A stretch of DNA of 64,000 nt from Daphnia carinata (lineage: Eukaryota). Location: assembly GCF_022539665.2 (NCBI RefSeq), contig NC_081333.1, positions 3,534,001 through 3,598,000 of the forward strand. The letters run 5' to 3'. Below are positions 50,283-63,850 of this stretch, piece by piece (the stretch's first letter is position 1; every line of letters begins with the position of its first letter). The notes below the pieces were generated by a model. The model saw only the letters and a list, made by a program, of their open reading frames with translations. It was not told where the DNA came from and searched no databases. Position numbers and translations under genes: made by a program.

Positions 50283-50547
50283 GTCACTTTCATTGTTGCG
50301 TCTTTTTTTTTTTTTTTTTGTGTGTGTGTGTGTGTGTGTCTTTGCTGGCGTTGATTACTCGTTGTGTTTGGCAAACTCCAACTTTATTTCGAAGCCGTTG
50401 TAGGCAAGTCCCAAAGTCTATACGTTTCTATTGGACGTTTCGTGCGGGAATTGACCCTTTTGTTGAAGTGCAAAGTTATGCGCCGACCAAGGACTTTGGG
50501 TCGGTTTCATTTCGACACATAATTTTTTTTTATTATTTTCTCTCCCC

Positions 50548-50593
<46 letters not shown>

Positions 50594-53500
50594 ATTCCCC
50601 TTTCTAAAATAACCGACGGGCGCCAGCGATCGATGATTCCGTGTGTTGTTTGATCAAACATTCTCCAGCACACATCAAAAACCTCGTCCGCTCCTGTTTT
50701 TTTTTCCCTTCCTCTTTGGTTCTATCATTTGAAATACTGCGACTTTAAATCAACAAGGAACTGATGACCACCACTACACAAGTCAGGAGGTCGTTCTCTA
50801 TTGAAAAAGGATACGGAACATGGAAGGCACATTGGAATGTTTATGTGCGCACCAAAGGCAATTCGAGACTCTTTGCTACTAGACAAACTTATATTAACTA
50901 TCGATCGTTCATGTCGGGCCCTGACGGGAAGCGAAAAAAAAGGGGGTGGGGTAGAATTTGTGAAGTAAATAAAAAAAAAAAAAAGAGCATCAACAACAAA
51001 GCGGAGGAAGGAAAAAAAAAAAAATCAAGACAACACACATTTTTTTTTTTTTGTTTTCACTCGCAAGCCCATGCGCTTCGCATACGTATTAAGTGTGAGT
51101 GTGTCGAAACGGCCGAGTTTTGCATGCTCTTTCTCTCTCACTATTGTCACCGACCGACTGTTTGTTAGTCATTCTCAACTGACAAAGCAATAAAAAAAAA
51201 AAGAGAGAGAGAGAGAGAGCTCGGGGTTGGGCGATGGATCGATAGTTTTGTGAATAATAAAACTAAATCAGATGGTTGCAGACAGGTTTACGTTTCAATT
51301 TTGGGGAAATTGAGAGCTGTACATTCTTTTTTTTTTTTTTTTTTTTTTGAAAAAGAATTCCATGGAATTAGTAGAAAGCCGATTTGATTTCGATCGGAAT
51401 AACTAATTCGGAATTCTTTTTCTTTTTTTTTTTTTTATTTCCCACCCTTCTCCCGCAATCCTGAATTGATGTTTATGGTGTGTAGGACAAACAGCCAGTC
51501 GGAATGCTTACTATCTCGACGCATCCAGCGTCTGGATGAATGGTAGGCTACTACTTTTCCTTGTACTTGTCCATGCGTCTTCTGTCGGGATCCTCGTCGT
51601 CTAGCAGCTTCATTACCATGACACAAGCAACCCAAACGAAAAAAAAAAAAGAAGAAAGAAAAAGCTCTTTTTCTGTACGCGCTCGCGTTGTGCAAGAAAC
51701 GGCCGAATATCCGCGCTAGCACCGGATAAAAACAGGAAGGAAAGAAGAATATATATATATATATATATATAAAAGAGAAGAAGTAGAGAAAAAACCGGAT
51801 AGATCGTGTTAATCCTTTCTGGGCGTGTTTCCTTTCTCCTTCTATTATCTTCCTTTTTTTTTTTTTTTCTCTCTTTCTTTCTTTCTTTTTTTCTGCGATG
51901 TGTACACAACCGAATGATGTATGGAAGAGTAGCGAAGAAAGAAAAAATTCATCACACGACACGGATTACGGGCCAATGTCGCTGACTAAGGACAAGGGAT
52001 TAATTCGTAGTGACATGGTGTACATATAATTGAAGTGTGTCGATCGCAGGTCGGTATTATGTTTTGTAACACAGTTGTCTCATCTTTTTGCTCGCGAAAC
52101 AACAAAAACCATCCGGCTATCTGTAAAACAGTTGGAAGGAAATTATTCTTCTAATGTGTGTGTGTAAAATTTGTAAATGCGTGTATTGAGCGTGAGATAG
52201 GCATTGGGGAGGGACGAAGTGTGTAGGTCTTTTTTACGGCTGTTTTTTTTTTTTTTTTTTTTTTTTTTTGGGGGGGGGGCCATCCATTTTCGCCCGGCGC
52301 GAATCTCCCACCTCTCGTCATACTTCCGTTATCGGTCCCGATCGCATCCCTCTCGTCGAGTTGCAATCTCCTCTTTTGTGTAACCATTCAAAAACTACTT
52401 CCGCCTGATTTCACTACCAATCTTAGTTTTTTTTTTCTTTTTTTTTTTTTTTTTTTTTTTTAAATATCTGCCCGTTTGTTCTAGTCATCACCGTCTTCCT
52501 TCGTTTTTCATTCTTTCCTTTTTTTTTTTCGAAAAGAAAATATAATTTTTTGTTTTCTTTTTTGTTTCCCGCCGCTAATTTTATTAATGCGTTAATTCGG
52601 TATGGTGTCAAATCATCGTGAGCAAAAAAAAAAAAAAAAGACAAAACCACTACCGTCTTTCTCTCTTGCCGCCCCACGAGAGTTTGCAACACGCACGCTA
52701 AGTAATGTACGCATCTTATTTTAATGAAAAGGAAACCATGGCACCGTGAATATGGCAATAATAATAAATGAAAAAAAAAAAAAAAAAAAAAAATGCGGGA
52801 GAAGACGAAGGGAGATGCACATAAGTAGTTACCGGGGTGGAAAATTTTTTAAGTACGAGAGAGAGAGAGATGAGTCGTTGTATATCTTATGTGTTCATCT
52901 ATCGCTCTTAGTTTAAATCTGAGAGAAGAAATGTGGACCGGAAAGAACATGTTTTTTTTTTTGTTTTTTTATGCTCCCACCATTGAATGTCAACCCTCTG
53001 CTATTTGGCTGTGTGTGTGTGTGTGTCACTCATCCATCCGTGTTTTCATCCATTTATTCTCGTCATTTTATAAAGAATGTAATTTGATGGTGGGACGGGA
53101 TGACGTTGGGATTTATTGATAACGCATGACGCAACACATTTGGTAGCCCCGATTCTCTTGTTCGTGAAGAAAATGACACTTTACAAAAGAAAATTCACGC
53201 TGTCAGGGGGGAGGGGGGGAGAGCGGGAAATGTCCAAACGATTTGGCCGGACTGAAAATGTACTCGTTATTGCAAGTCCCGCCCTCTCCCGTCGATTAAA
53301 CGCGATATGTATGCGTCGGCAGTTTGGGCGCTGGCGTTCTCGTAATCGTTTTAAGGATGGCTTTCCTTAAGTGTGGGTGTGTTTGTACATTTTGAACGAA
53401 GAATGTTGACAAGACCATGTTGAACAAGAATTTCTTTTATATATATATATATACGTCTGCCCGTACAATTACGCAAAATACAAAGCAAAGGGAAAATTTG

Positions 53501-53911
53501 AATTTCGCGCGTTTACGCGTTTTTTTTTTCATTTTTGCATCTTTTACTTTGCATTTCGCAATTGTTCGTTTAACGTGTTCCTTTTGTTACATCACGTTCG
53601 TGTCCTGCATCCACTACGGAGACTTGATTGGATTTGGATCTTTTCGTGGGTCCCTCCATTCTAGGTTTGTTTTGTTTTTTTTATTTTTATTTTTATTGTT
53701 TTCGAAATCCGTCACATGTAATTGTTTCTTGTCTAGGTCTGAATCCAATAAGAGAAACACTGGAGAGAGAAAACTGTCGAGTATCTACCCCAGACATTGC
53801 CCGCCAGGAGAATCATTTCGCATGCACTTTCTTCTTGCCTCGGGAAAAATAACTACAGAAAAGGTAGGAACATTTCCGGTCTCGCATTTCCTCTTTAGTA
53901 TCTAGTTACAA

Positions 53912-53948
<37 letters not shown>

Positions 53949-56342
53949 CGTCCCATCTCAAAAAAAAAAGCGCATATACATGTCTACTTTTGTATCTTGA
54001 ATTCTGAAAAGAAAAAAAAAAAAGAGGGGGGGGGGTTTGAACATTCGACCGTCTAGGCCCACAACAGCTAACGGGGCAATAGGGAAAAAATAAATCGGAT
54101 GCGGTGACGACACTCTGCGATAAGCCTATATAGATGCTGTGCATAGGAGCGTTGGGTGTCGACATAACGGGCCTAGTAAGGGGAGATAGCTGGGAAGACG
54201 TGAACGTAAGAAAAAAAAAAAAAATGAGAGCAAATGTCTTTAAAGGGTTAGCAAACTGTAAATACAGATAGTGAAAGGGCAGCAACTCGAGCACGAGATA
54301 TTGAGGAAAAGTGAACGAAGGTTTGGCACGCAGTTTTTTTTTTTTTTGGGGTGGGGGGGGGTGGACAATGATATTTGAACAACAGTAAAAACCAATGTCG
54401 CTCTCTCTCTTTTTCGTGTTGTAGCCTAAATAATAATAGCGTGAACGGCAGTCGATATATATACTTTGACATTGTATCGCGCCCCCCCCCCCCCCACACA
54501 CGATCCGGATCGTTAAGTCTCAACGGCGATGCAGCGCGTCTGCTTGCCGTTTCGCTAAACCATCGCCGCCGTGCTGTGTTTACATGTGTAGAGGATCTTA
54601 TTTTCGGCTGTTGCTCGAGAACTGTGGACGTTATCGGAGCTTTCTTTACTAAAAACTTGTGAGTAGAGAGGAATCTTAGACGCAGCCTTCGATCTATCGA
54701 AATGATCCAATAAGCGTCGTCTGTGTTTGTTGGCAGCAAGCCTGTGTCAATGGGAAGTAAATCAAGTTAGCGGTCCATATAGTTCTATACAGACAGCGGC
54801 TCTAAATTCTTATTTTTTTATTTTTTTTTACATCCGCTTTAGAAATAGAAGTCGATGGAACGACGAACTGCTTTTCAATTGCTTGAAAGCTTAACAGCAT
54901 CGCTAACGTACATAAGAGAAACAACATTTTAGCTCTTAATGAAGTTTGGATTTTTTTTTTTTTTTGTTTTTAAAGCAGTTTTTGTTTCTCATGCTTTCTA
55001 TCTCTGCCCCCCTTTTTTTTTTTTACGGTCGATCAGCTCTTCCGCTACGAAAGGCATTGACTCAAAAGGTGCTCATGACAGTTCCTATATGTTGGGAGTC
55101 AATATCGACATGAAAGACGTTCCATTTCGTAGATGGGTAGCGAACTGTGTGGCGTTCGGATTATTCAAGCTCTGAGAACCAGATATATATATATATAAAA
55201 AAAAAAAAAATACGCACCCCCCCCCCCTTCAGTTCTTCTTCGCTCTGCGTATACTTCACTCACGATTTATTGGCTATTTGTGTACATTATATAAGGATTG
55301 CGTGTAGGAAAGCAAAAAGGATCGATTCCTGCTTCAGCGTGGGCATCAAATTCTTTTGTCTTTACAGTGGGGGGGGGGGGGGAATGATGAAAAGAAAACA
55401 AGAAATACGTGTGTTGCAGTCTATCATTCTAATGGACCACTTCAAATGTCACAACAACCCATTCCGTGCTGTGCGCTTCCCGGACATTATTTTAACACTT
55501 GGGAGTCGTTCAAGAAGTTTGAACCTTTAAATAAAAGGATTTCATTAAAGATATTATCACGTACTTTGAAACTTGAGAATGTGTTTATTTAACGAGATGT
55601 AGTTGGCTATTATGTTTAACGCCAACGTCAGCTGGCGCATTTCGTTATTCGCTTATCCTCCATGATGGCGATACGCAGAAATGAGGGACACATCCGTCGA
55701 TATGCGCTCTATTCAACGAAGAAAAACTTGCGACCTCTTTTCACGTGGTTGCATATTGATCCTCGAAATGTTTTTGCAATGTCATGTTGAGAGGAGTGGG
55801 TACTTACCGACATTATTCTTTTTACCTAAGCCTATTGCGGCCCAATCATTTCGCGATTGAAATAGGATTGTACCGTTTATTTGGATTCTCTTTGAGTGCC
55901 TCATATGCGTAATGAGGCCATAAGGTTTCCTTTCTATTTTTCTCGTGCAGCTACTCTTCTTTCATCTCGATATCAAATATCGTTACATTCGGAACGCGTT
56001 TCTATGCATTCGAAATGGACAATTGAATTTTGTAATTGAAATCTGGCTTACATTAGGCAACAACTAGCCTCTCCATTTTTTTTTTTGGGTGCAATCAGGT
56101 ACAATCAGGTTGCTGTTCGCGATTGGTCTACTAATGTCACACGAAAGCACTGATCGTCCAGGATTGCCGATGATATTTTGCCCTAATCGAAACGGCCTGA
56201 AAGAAATCCAGTGGAGGCGGATTCCAATCCGCCCCGCTCAATCGATTTTTATTTTATTCGCGTCATCGACATGGAAGGTTTCATGCTCTATATATATTTT
56301 TTTTCTATTTTTCTCTCTTTATATATATATATATATATATAT

Positions 56343-56382
<40 letters not shown>

Positions 56383-58399
56383 ACGTGTTACGTATACTGT
56401 GTACACTAAAGTTTTGGCTGGCAGTCAACTCCTGATGACCCTGCTGTGCTTATCTGATGGGAGGGGCCGAAGGAAGAAAGAGAAGTATAAGGGAAGAATG
56501 AAACGAAAGATAAAGGATGGCTACCAGCCGTCCGCTAGCGCCCACGCCTCTACCCCTCCAAAAGAAAACAACAACGAGCCGGGTCCATAGCAAGTGGGAT
56601 GGATACAGGGCAAAGTATAGGGCCTAACGTATACGTTTCAGTTAAACTAAATAAACACGAGTTCCCCCTTCCCCCCAAATCTCGGAACTCGACTCATGCC
56701 GGAACAAGCAAACAAGAAAAGAGCCTTAATGAAAACTGATTGAAATTTTGTAACTCGTGTTCAGCTCGGGCATGGACTACCCTGTTTCCCTTGATGAATA
56801 ATGATTTCTGTTTTCCCCCTTTCTTTTAGATTTGTATCTAATTTATACGCGAATGGCGGAGCATCTGCATTTGACTAGCTACCACGGATTGATTTCCTTT
56901 TCATATCCCGTTACATTATGCAACGCTTCTTTTGTTGCTTCAAGTTCGATCCTGCGTGCCGATCAATTCACAAGTGGTCCAATTCGCTCTCTCAAGTATA
57001 TTGATGTGTCATCGTTCTTCCTGCTCGAGGAAGAAAAGAAAAAAAAAAAATGTCCCTTCTTATTCCTTTTGCAGACTGGTAAGTTCCTTTTGACTTGCAG
57101 TTTTGTTGTCACTATCAGCATGTGCCGCAAACAAAGTCACTCTTTGTTATTTACATTAGGAGGTCAGCAGCACACGCTGTGCACGAAGAGCTAAATACGT
57201 ACAAGATTGGATGGACTGCTGTGGCCGTCGCTTTCCAATCTTGATTACACAAGCTGAAATGATTCTCTCTCCTGGAAATAATTCAGACAGAGCGGCGTGG
57301 ATATGTACACAACAGAGCGAAAGCGAAAAGGAAAAAAAAAAAAAGGGAAGAAATCCAGCGAACCGGGTTAATTCATCTCTTTCGTCCGTCAGTCCATTAA
57401 AAGGAAGCTGCCCACCGTATGCTCTGAGCTTGCACATGGTTCTCTCTTTTTCTATTTTTTTTTTTTTTTTTTCGCATTCTTTTTTTCTTTTTTTTTTTAA
57501 AGGATACTCGGGGATTATGGGAAAACAAGGAAACCTACAGCAAATATGAACTTTGGTTTTCATTCTACTATGGTATTTCGAATTCTATTATTAATTACAT
57601 CAAAGTAATATAATATCCCTCACTTCGCCTGTAGGATATACTACATCATTAATCGGCGAACGGTATGGTCCTAAAAGTGAGACCTGGTGATTCCCGAGCT
57701 TTTCTGTATGGACGGCTGATGGATGATTCCTTTCAAAATCATCTGTCCAGCTGATGGTTAGGAGACCGAATGTTTATTTCGCAATGGATGCGCCCATAAT
57801 ATGGAAGGAACACCAACTACCACCACGCCCCTTTTATCGTTGGGCATGGGAAAGTGCTGCTGTGCATTATCCTTTTCTTTTTGTATTTATTTCCCTCTTT
57901 CTCTCTATCTAAAAGATTAAAATAATATCGTTAATGTTTAGATCTTTTATCTTTGATGTTTAGGTCGTTAATTCTGCTCTCACTGCGCTGGCATAATTTA
58001 TCGTCCGAATGACCCGCAGAGTTGACTGTACAGCACCAGGCCATATGGTGCAGTAAATTTAGTCATTCAAACGATGCGCAGAGCACGACCACAGAGCGTG
58101 CGAAAAACCTAATGACGGGAAGATATTACGATGAAACGCGTCACGCCTTTTTAATTATTCCCTGAGGCTAACATATGTAATGGACTTCGCGTTAATTCGA
58201 TGTGCGAAAAAAGATGACATTTAGACGAAGGAACGATTAAATCTTTCAGGTATTTATACATAATTTGTTTGACCCCAACATGCTACCATGCATAATTTCT
58301 ATCCGTTCAATAGCAAAGAGAGATGAAGACAGAATTTAAAAGGACCTAGAGCGCCCATCCGCACGCATGACATTATAAAATTTCTTAGAATTATACAAC

Positions 58400-59362
58400 T
58401 AATATAAGAAGATTGTGCAAGAGACCCCATCAACCTAAATAGTAAAGAAGATTATATTCCACCAAAGAAAAAGGATGCAGCATGAACTCAATTCCATTTT
58501 CTCCGAAGATGGGTCCAGTTTTCACGAGCATCTGTCGAAACTGTCAAAGAGGTTCATAGCCAGCGTGACATCACTAAACCAGGTCCGTGTTTTTGAAGAA
58601 AGAAAACTATTTTCGTACTTTTTATGGCATCGAACTGTGTATTTCCTTTCCCCTTCAAAATAAGCAGCAGGCTAGACTTACTGGTAGGATCCCCCTCAGT
58701 ATATCCCATCCGGCCTATCGTAAAAAACCGGATTTTTTTTATATCTTGTGTATACAAGTAGTATCTGTGTTACACTATAGGAGGAAATGATCCTGCTGCT
58801 GGCCAAAGAAAGTCACCCGCTAGATTTCTCCCTTCCGGTGAAAACTCTGCGGGGTTTATTCAGCCAACTGCAGTGAGTTGTCATGGTACTCACAACGCTT
58901 TGTAGATCATTGTTACCTTACTTTCTATAGGACCCAATGGACTTGTTTTGCTTTTGATGAGCAGCTTCCAAAAATGTTTTGGACTTTGCCTACGGTATTT
59001 CCTTATCGGCAATTGGCTTGCTTTTCACAAGATTTCTTTTGAGAGAGGAAATCAACCATTACCAAAAAGAAAGACCGATAAATAACGTTGGACTAGTGGA
59101 CACGTTTCCTTTTTGAAATGCAACTGATGTCGATACAATTTTGCTGCGACCCTATAACAGGACACAATGCTTCTTCATCTGGTGAGCTATAAACAAAATG
59201 GTTATACATGTAAACCCTGTCCCATACTAATGCAGTTGTCATCCTATAAACCAATCAACTCTGTAGGATGGAGCTTTTTGGCGTCTTACAAAGGAGGCTT
59301 TCCAAGCTTTTAGCTCTCAAGTTGGAGACGGGACGGAAATATCACAATTAGTGTCCTTTTAG
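58400..59362 (+). pseudogene. Possible multi-exon gene remnant or lineage-specific gene with short introns
   Basis: Exon-like blocks separated by ~60-80 nt GT..AG segments (donors near 58582, 58874, 58995, 59182). Peptides include MQHELNSIFSEDGSSFHEHLSKLSKRF, EEMILLLAKESHPLDFSLPVKTLRGLFSQL and DGAFWRLTKEAFQAFS; other blocks contain in-frame stops. Confidence 0.3.
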
Positions 59363-61071
59363 ATACAAACCCCTCAAGTCGACATATTAGTATAGAAATC
59401 GGATTTCCTTTGGCGGCAGAAAGCAGTGGTATAAAAACTACGAAGCGTCTTGCTGTATAATTATATGTTGTTTAGTTGAGAGATAATTTTGCAATTTGCA
59501 ATTAAACAATTGCAATTATGCAATTGTGCAATTTCCTCTAGAGGTAGTTACTAAGTTGAAATTAATGGGTCTGATAAATTGCAAATTTCGTGTAGAATCT
59601 ATAAACAAAATTCGAATCGTATGTTGTCTAGCCTTACGAATGGAAGTAGGTGCTTTATTTTGAATAACCTATGTTAGAAAAAAAAGTGAATGTAGAAAAT
59701 AACGTTTGAAAATGCCAATTGAACAATTTAATAAACATGGGGTTGAGTTATCATTTTAGAAATACACATGTCGACGGTGTTTACTTGGTGTTGCATGAAA
59801 ACGATACGGCCAAGTCATTTCTATGAAATCGCTACACAGTTCAACGAATACTTTATGCATATCTCGGCAATACATCGGTCTGTAGAAAGTTTTTGAACCA
59901 TCTGACACCATTGTATAGTACAGCTGACAGCTGGGTGGAGAAGGTAAGGTGTTTAACACGGCTGGTGTTAATTGTGAGTGAGTGAGGAGAACATTGTAGT
60001 TAATCGTGATTTGAAAGTATAAGAAAAGTTTTCAATGCAAAGAGCTTAGAGGAGTCCACCTGGACATCATGTGTTTTTCGCTAAGGTATGATTTACTTGA
60101 GTTTTTTTTTTTATGTCTAAAACTGAATAATGACTAATGGTTCTATGTCGAACTTTGGGACAGCTGTGGAAATTTCCAGCAGGGTAATAAAATAAGGCTT
60201 AACGATTTACTTTCAACATCTGTACGTTTTCTTCCACGATTCCAGAATATGTTGACATAATTAAGGGGGAAAAGAATTTTTTATGCAGAACCAGCATTCC
60301 AATGTTGTTGGAACACGTTTGGTTTCATCTTATTCCGAATCAACTTTATAAGCCTAACTTTTTCGGGCGCAATAAAACAAGCCTGACACTCAAGACTGAC
60401 AGTGAAATAAGCCGGACTTTTTCGTTATTATTCTTTTTTATTAGAAACCTCAATGTAGCTTTAAAAACAAAAGATTTATACTCTAAGTTAAACGAGGATC
60501 AGGAATATTTTCCTTGCACTTGCTTTTTTTTTTTTTAAAGGCATTCATTTTTTAAGGAAGGAAAGAAAAGTAAATGTTGTTTCTGCAGCCAATAATGGAA
60601 ATACAATAGTTTTTTTCAAATCTTGTAGACAATCAAATTTCGTTCACTTTTATTAAATTTCCCGATAGGAATTCTGTCTAGATCATAGTTTGGTTGAGAT
60701 TTCCAGCATTTATCCGAGTTTTACGATGTTTCTGTTCCAAGATGGCGTTGCCGATGAAAAACAGACTAGAATCTGTTTAACTGCGTTTTATTCAGATACT
60801 ATACAACTAAGGAAAAACTAATGCTATATTTAGAATCAGCGTTCAATGTTGATTTTTTTGGTGGGTTTCATCTAATTCCGCGAGATTTCGTTTTTGGCCG
60901 ATTTTGACAAAAGTGAGAAGGCCTTCCCACTTTTTCATTTTTGGCCAAAATTTAAATTTCACTTAGAATACATGGTTTCGATTCAAAATAGAATGGAAAT
61001 CACGAAAGTCAAATTAATTTTGCATTGGCTTTATGGTTTTTAAAATAAACGTAAAAAACAGAGAGTGCGCT

Positions 61072-61495
61072 AACAGGTTGGGCAAATAAGCCCGACCCTC
61101 TGTGTGTCGGGCTTATGTTTCTAGCCAAACATTTTGACAAAACCACTTGGAATTCTTAAAAAATTATGCATTACACTCAAAATGAAAGACTTTTTTCAGG
61201 AAATTTGTTCATTTGCTCGCCAAAGCAGTTATTTTTGAAATATATTGAATATTGGGCTGTAGCATGACTGCGCCGTACCATACTGGCGCGCCAACGTTTG
61301 TAACTGTTTTTTCCTGTCTTTTTTGAAATTTCTGATCTCATAAAAAAGCAAACAACACTTTTCGTAATTATAGGTGATTTTGAAACTAAAGCACATCGTG
61401 TCATTGCTAAATTGAAATATTTTGAAAAAATAAAATTTTCCGGGAAAGTCGGGCTTATTTTTGTTGTCGGGTTTATTTTCTAGCCATTTCCCGGT
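61072..61495. mobile_element. Putative non-autonomous DNA-transposon (MITE-like) fragment
   Basis: ATAAGCCCGAC (61086-96) is inverted to GTCGGGCTTAT at 61106-16 and 61448-58. GTCGGGyTTAT(g)TTTCTAGCCA is directly repeated at 61106 and 61466. The interior is AT-rich. Confidence 0.4.
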
Positions 61496-63683
61496 TGGGA
61501 TTCTGTCTTTTTCGACTAATGTTTTTGCCCCTGCTATCGCCATCTACCGGTCGATACAGTCAAACAGAAGGAAAGGCCGATATTTTTTTTTTTTTTTTTT
61601 TTTGGGGGGGGGGGGGGGGGGTTAAAACGGATTGGAATAGATTGCATCAAAGTATCAAACTTACCCATTCGGCAACTCAAGTGTGCATATGTTTTTCTTT
61701 GATTATTATTTTATTTTGCTACTATGCTTGGTAAACTGCAATCGTGTCCAATATTTTTGCCTTTGCATTTTAGGTCTACTCTTAGGTGACCTATACCTGA
61801 TCCTGTGTTTTAAAGTGATCTGCTTTCACAGCTATATTTCTGTGTTCTTTTCCGTTGGTCTATGGTTCTGAATTAAGGCAAGTATATCTATTATGCTATG
61901 TCATTAAGTACTATAGGGAAGGGAATAACTGAAGTTGATTGAGATCTATTCTGATTCTCCTGATATCCATCTCAACAGGTTTTTATTTGCTTTTCAACAT
62001 CCATTTCATAGTGGGACGTGGGGCTTTGATTAATATTGCCATAAAGACTCCCGAAAATGGGTGTGGTACGGAAACCCAGAAATGGCATGAGTTCAACATC
62101 AAACATGGATTAGGTACTTTTCGGTTTTTTGTCTACCGAAAAAGTATTTTTAATTCTATTATTTTGCATTCACAGAATTTTAGCGGGGGATCAAGTCAAG
62201 TCTGGAAGTGTTACAGGAAGGAAGAGTGAGCCTACAGTTGAAAAAACACTGAGAGTGCATTACCATTAAGGTATGAGGTAAAGTAATAGAGTATGCACAT
62301 TGTCAAATGAGAAGTACCATCTTGTGTAAATGAATCCTGTATAACAGCAATCCTTTATAATTCTGTCACAGCTAGAAGCCTCAAATAATTCTGCTTTTGT
62401 TGCTAAAGAACAACTTGTCCTTTATGTTCAGAGTGTTGGTGAAGCTGGGTACTTAAATGGCCCTAAAGATGTTTCACTTTGCTGGCATTGCAGCGATGAA
62501 CATCATATATGGACTCTTTAGGAATGAAAGGAATTTTCTTGAAAAAATTTTGAATTTATGATGAATTATTTCTCCTCCTTTTTGCCAACCATGTTTAATC
62601 TACAAAAAAAAAAATTATCCAATAGGAAAGGATTTTCAGCATACTGGGAACACAACTATCAACAATGCAACATTCTACGGGTGCTATTTTATCATTCAAG
62701 AGCCTTATACAATGATGTTCATCTGCAATTTGTATGGCCTTTCCCAAGCTTCTGCCAGAAGTTGAATCTATGAGTCATGTAAGTCACATGAGCAACAATT
62801 GAGATGCTTAATGCTGTCGTTTTTCTTTTCTCAGTATAGGCTAATAGTAACATTGGATCTGAAAAGATTCTTGGTTGGGGCAAGACACTGAATAAATTGT
62901 AATGATTGGATGGATGACATGACATTTCTATACTTCATTCAGATTCCCGAGACGGTATTTTATATTTAAAAAATTGAAGTGCATATCTGGGCTCCCTTCC
63001 TTTCCGTAGCCCCGTTTCCCCTTGACTCGTAATAAGCCCGTAGGGGGTCATGCCCCTACTGTACGGTATATATAAAAATAACATATACCGAGGTTTGGAG
63101 GGCTCTGGCCGGAAAGGGGACGTGGGGGGTCCGCTTAGTCCGATGATGTGTTCACGGAGGGCGACGTGGCTACCCACAAATCCGAACTAAAGGTTAATCG
63201 CTCCAGTAAAAATGTTCCAAATCTTCGGCTCTTCTTCCGGCTTCTCTTAGCCAATCACCGGGTAATCTCCCCGGTGGGTCAACAAGGCAGTGTCTCCCCC
63301 TGCCTGGGTTGACGGCAACTTTTGAAAGGGCTGTTGTGCCTTTTTAAAGTTGCAAAAATAATTGTAATGTGCAGAGAATTGTCAATAAAATTTTTTTTAT
63401 AAAATATTTTTTCCAAAATTTGTTTTTTTCATTGTCTGGTTTTCGCCTCGTTCATACATTCCATGTAGCAATTTTTTTAAGTTCACCTTTATTTGTTTTG
63501 CCAGCTTTGATGGTAAGCATTGGCCCACGTTGGATGGTAAGTATTGTTTCCATTAGTTTATCGTTTATCTGTAAGTATTCAATTATTATTTATTACACTC
63601 TTTGAATTCTTCAACTTAGATTCAAGGAACAACGTATAATACTTGGATAATTTCTCATGTACTCTTGTATTTGTATTTTATTT

Positions 63684-63756
63684 TACTCGTACGGGAACCG
63701 ATCCCCAGCCATTCAGCGTGCAACGCCGATGCTCTTCATCATTGAGCCACAAGACA
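63684..63756 (-). pseudogene. Degenerate tRNA-like sequence (Ala-TGC-like)
   Basis: Minus strand: A-box TGGCTCAATGATGAAGAGC, anticodon stem TCGGC/GCTGA around loop GTTGCAC, degenerate B-box GGGATCGGTTCCC. The acceptor stem is poor. Confidence 0.5.
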
Positions 63757-63850
63757 TATATACACATTATATATCGAATATCATATGTTATCGTCTACAT
63801 GTTTATGCAGTCTTTCAGAATTATATGTTTATCTGTCTATTGTTTTCACA

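Noticed and set aside
50219..50653. Poly-Gln ORF in the track
   Set aside because: Splice phase places the repeat in the poly-Ser frame; the rest is low-complexity DNA.
59488..59533. Short TGCAATT tandem repeat
   Set aside because: Simple degenerate minisatellite with no further structure.
61900..62930. Possible transposase or other coding remnant
   Set aside because: Coding-like texture, but no DDE, RT or recombinase motif was found in the frames I examined.
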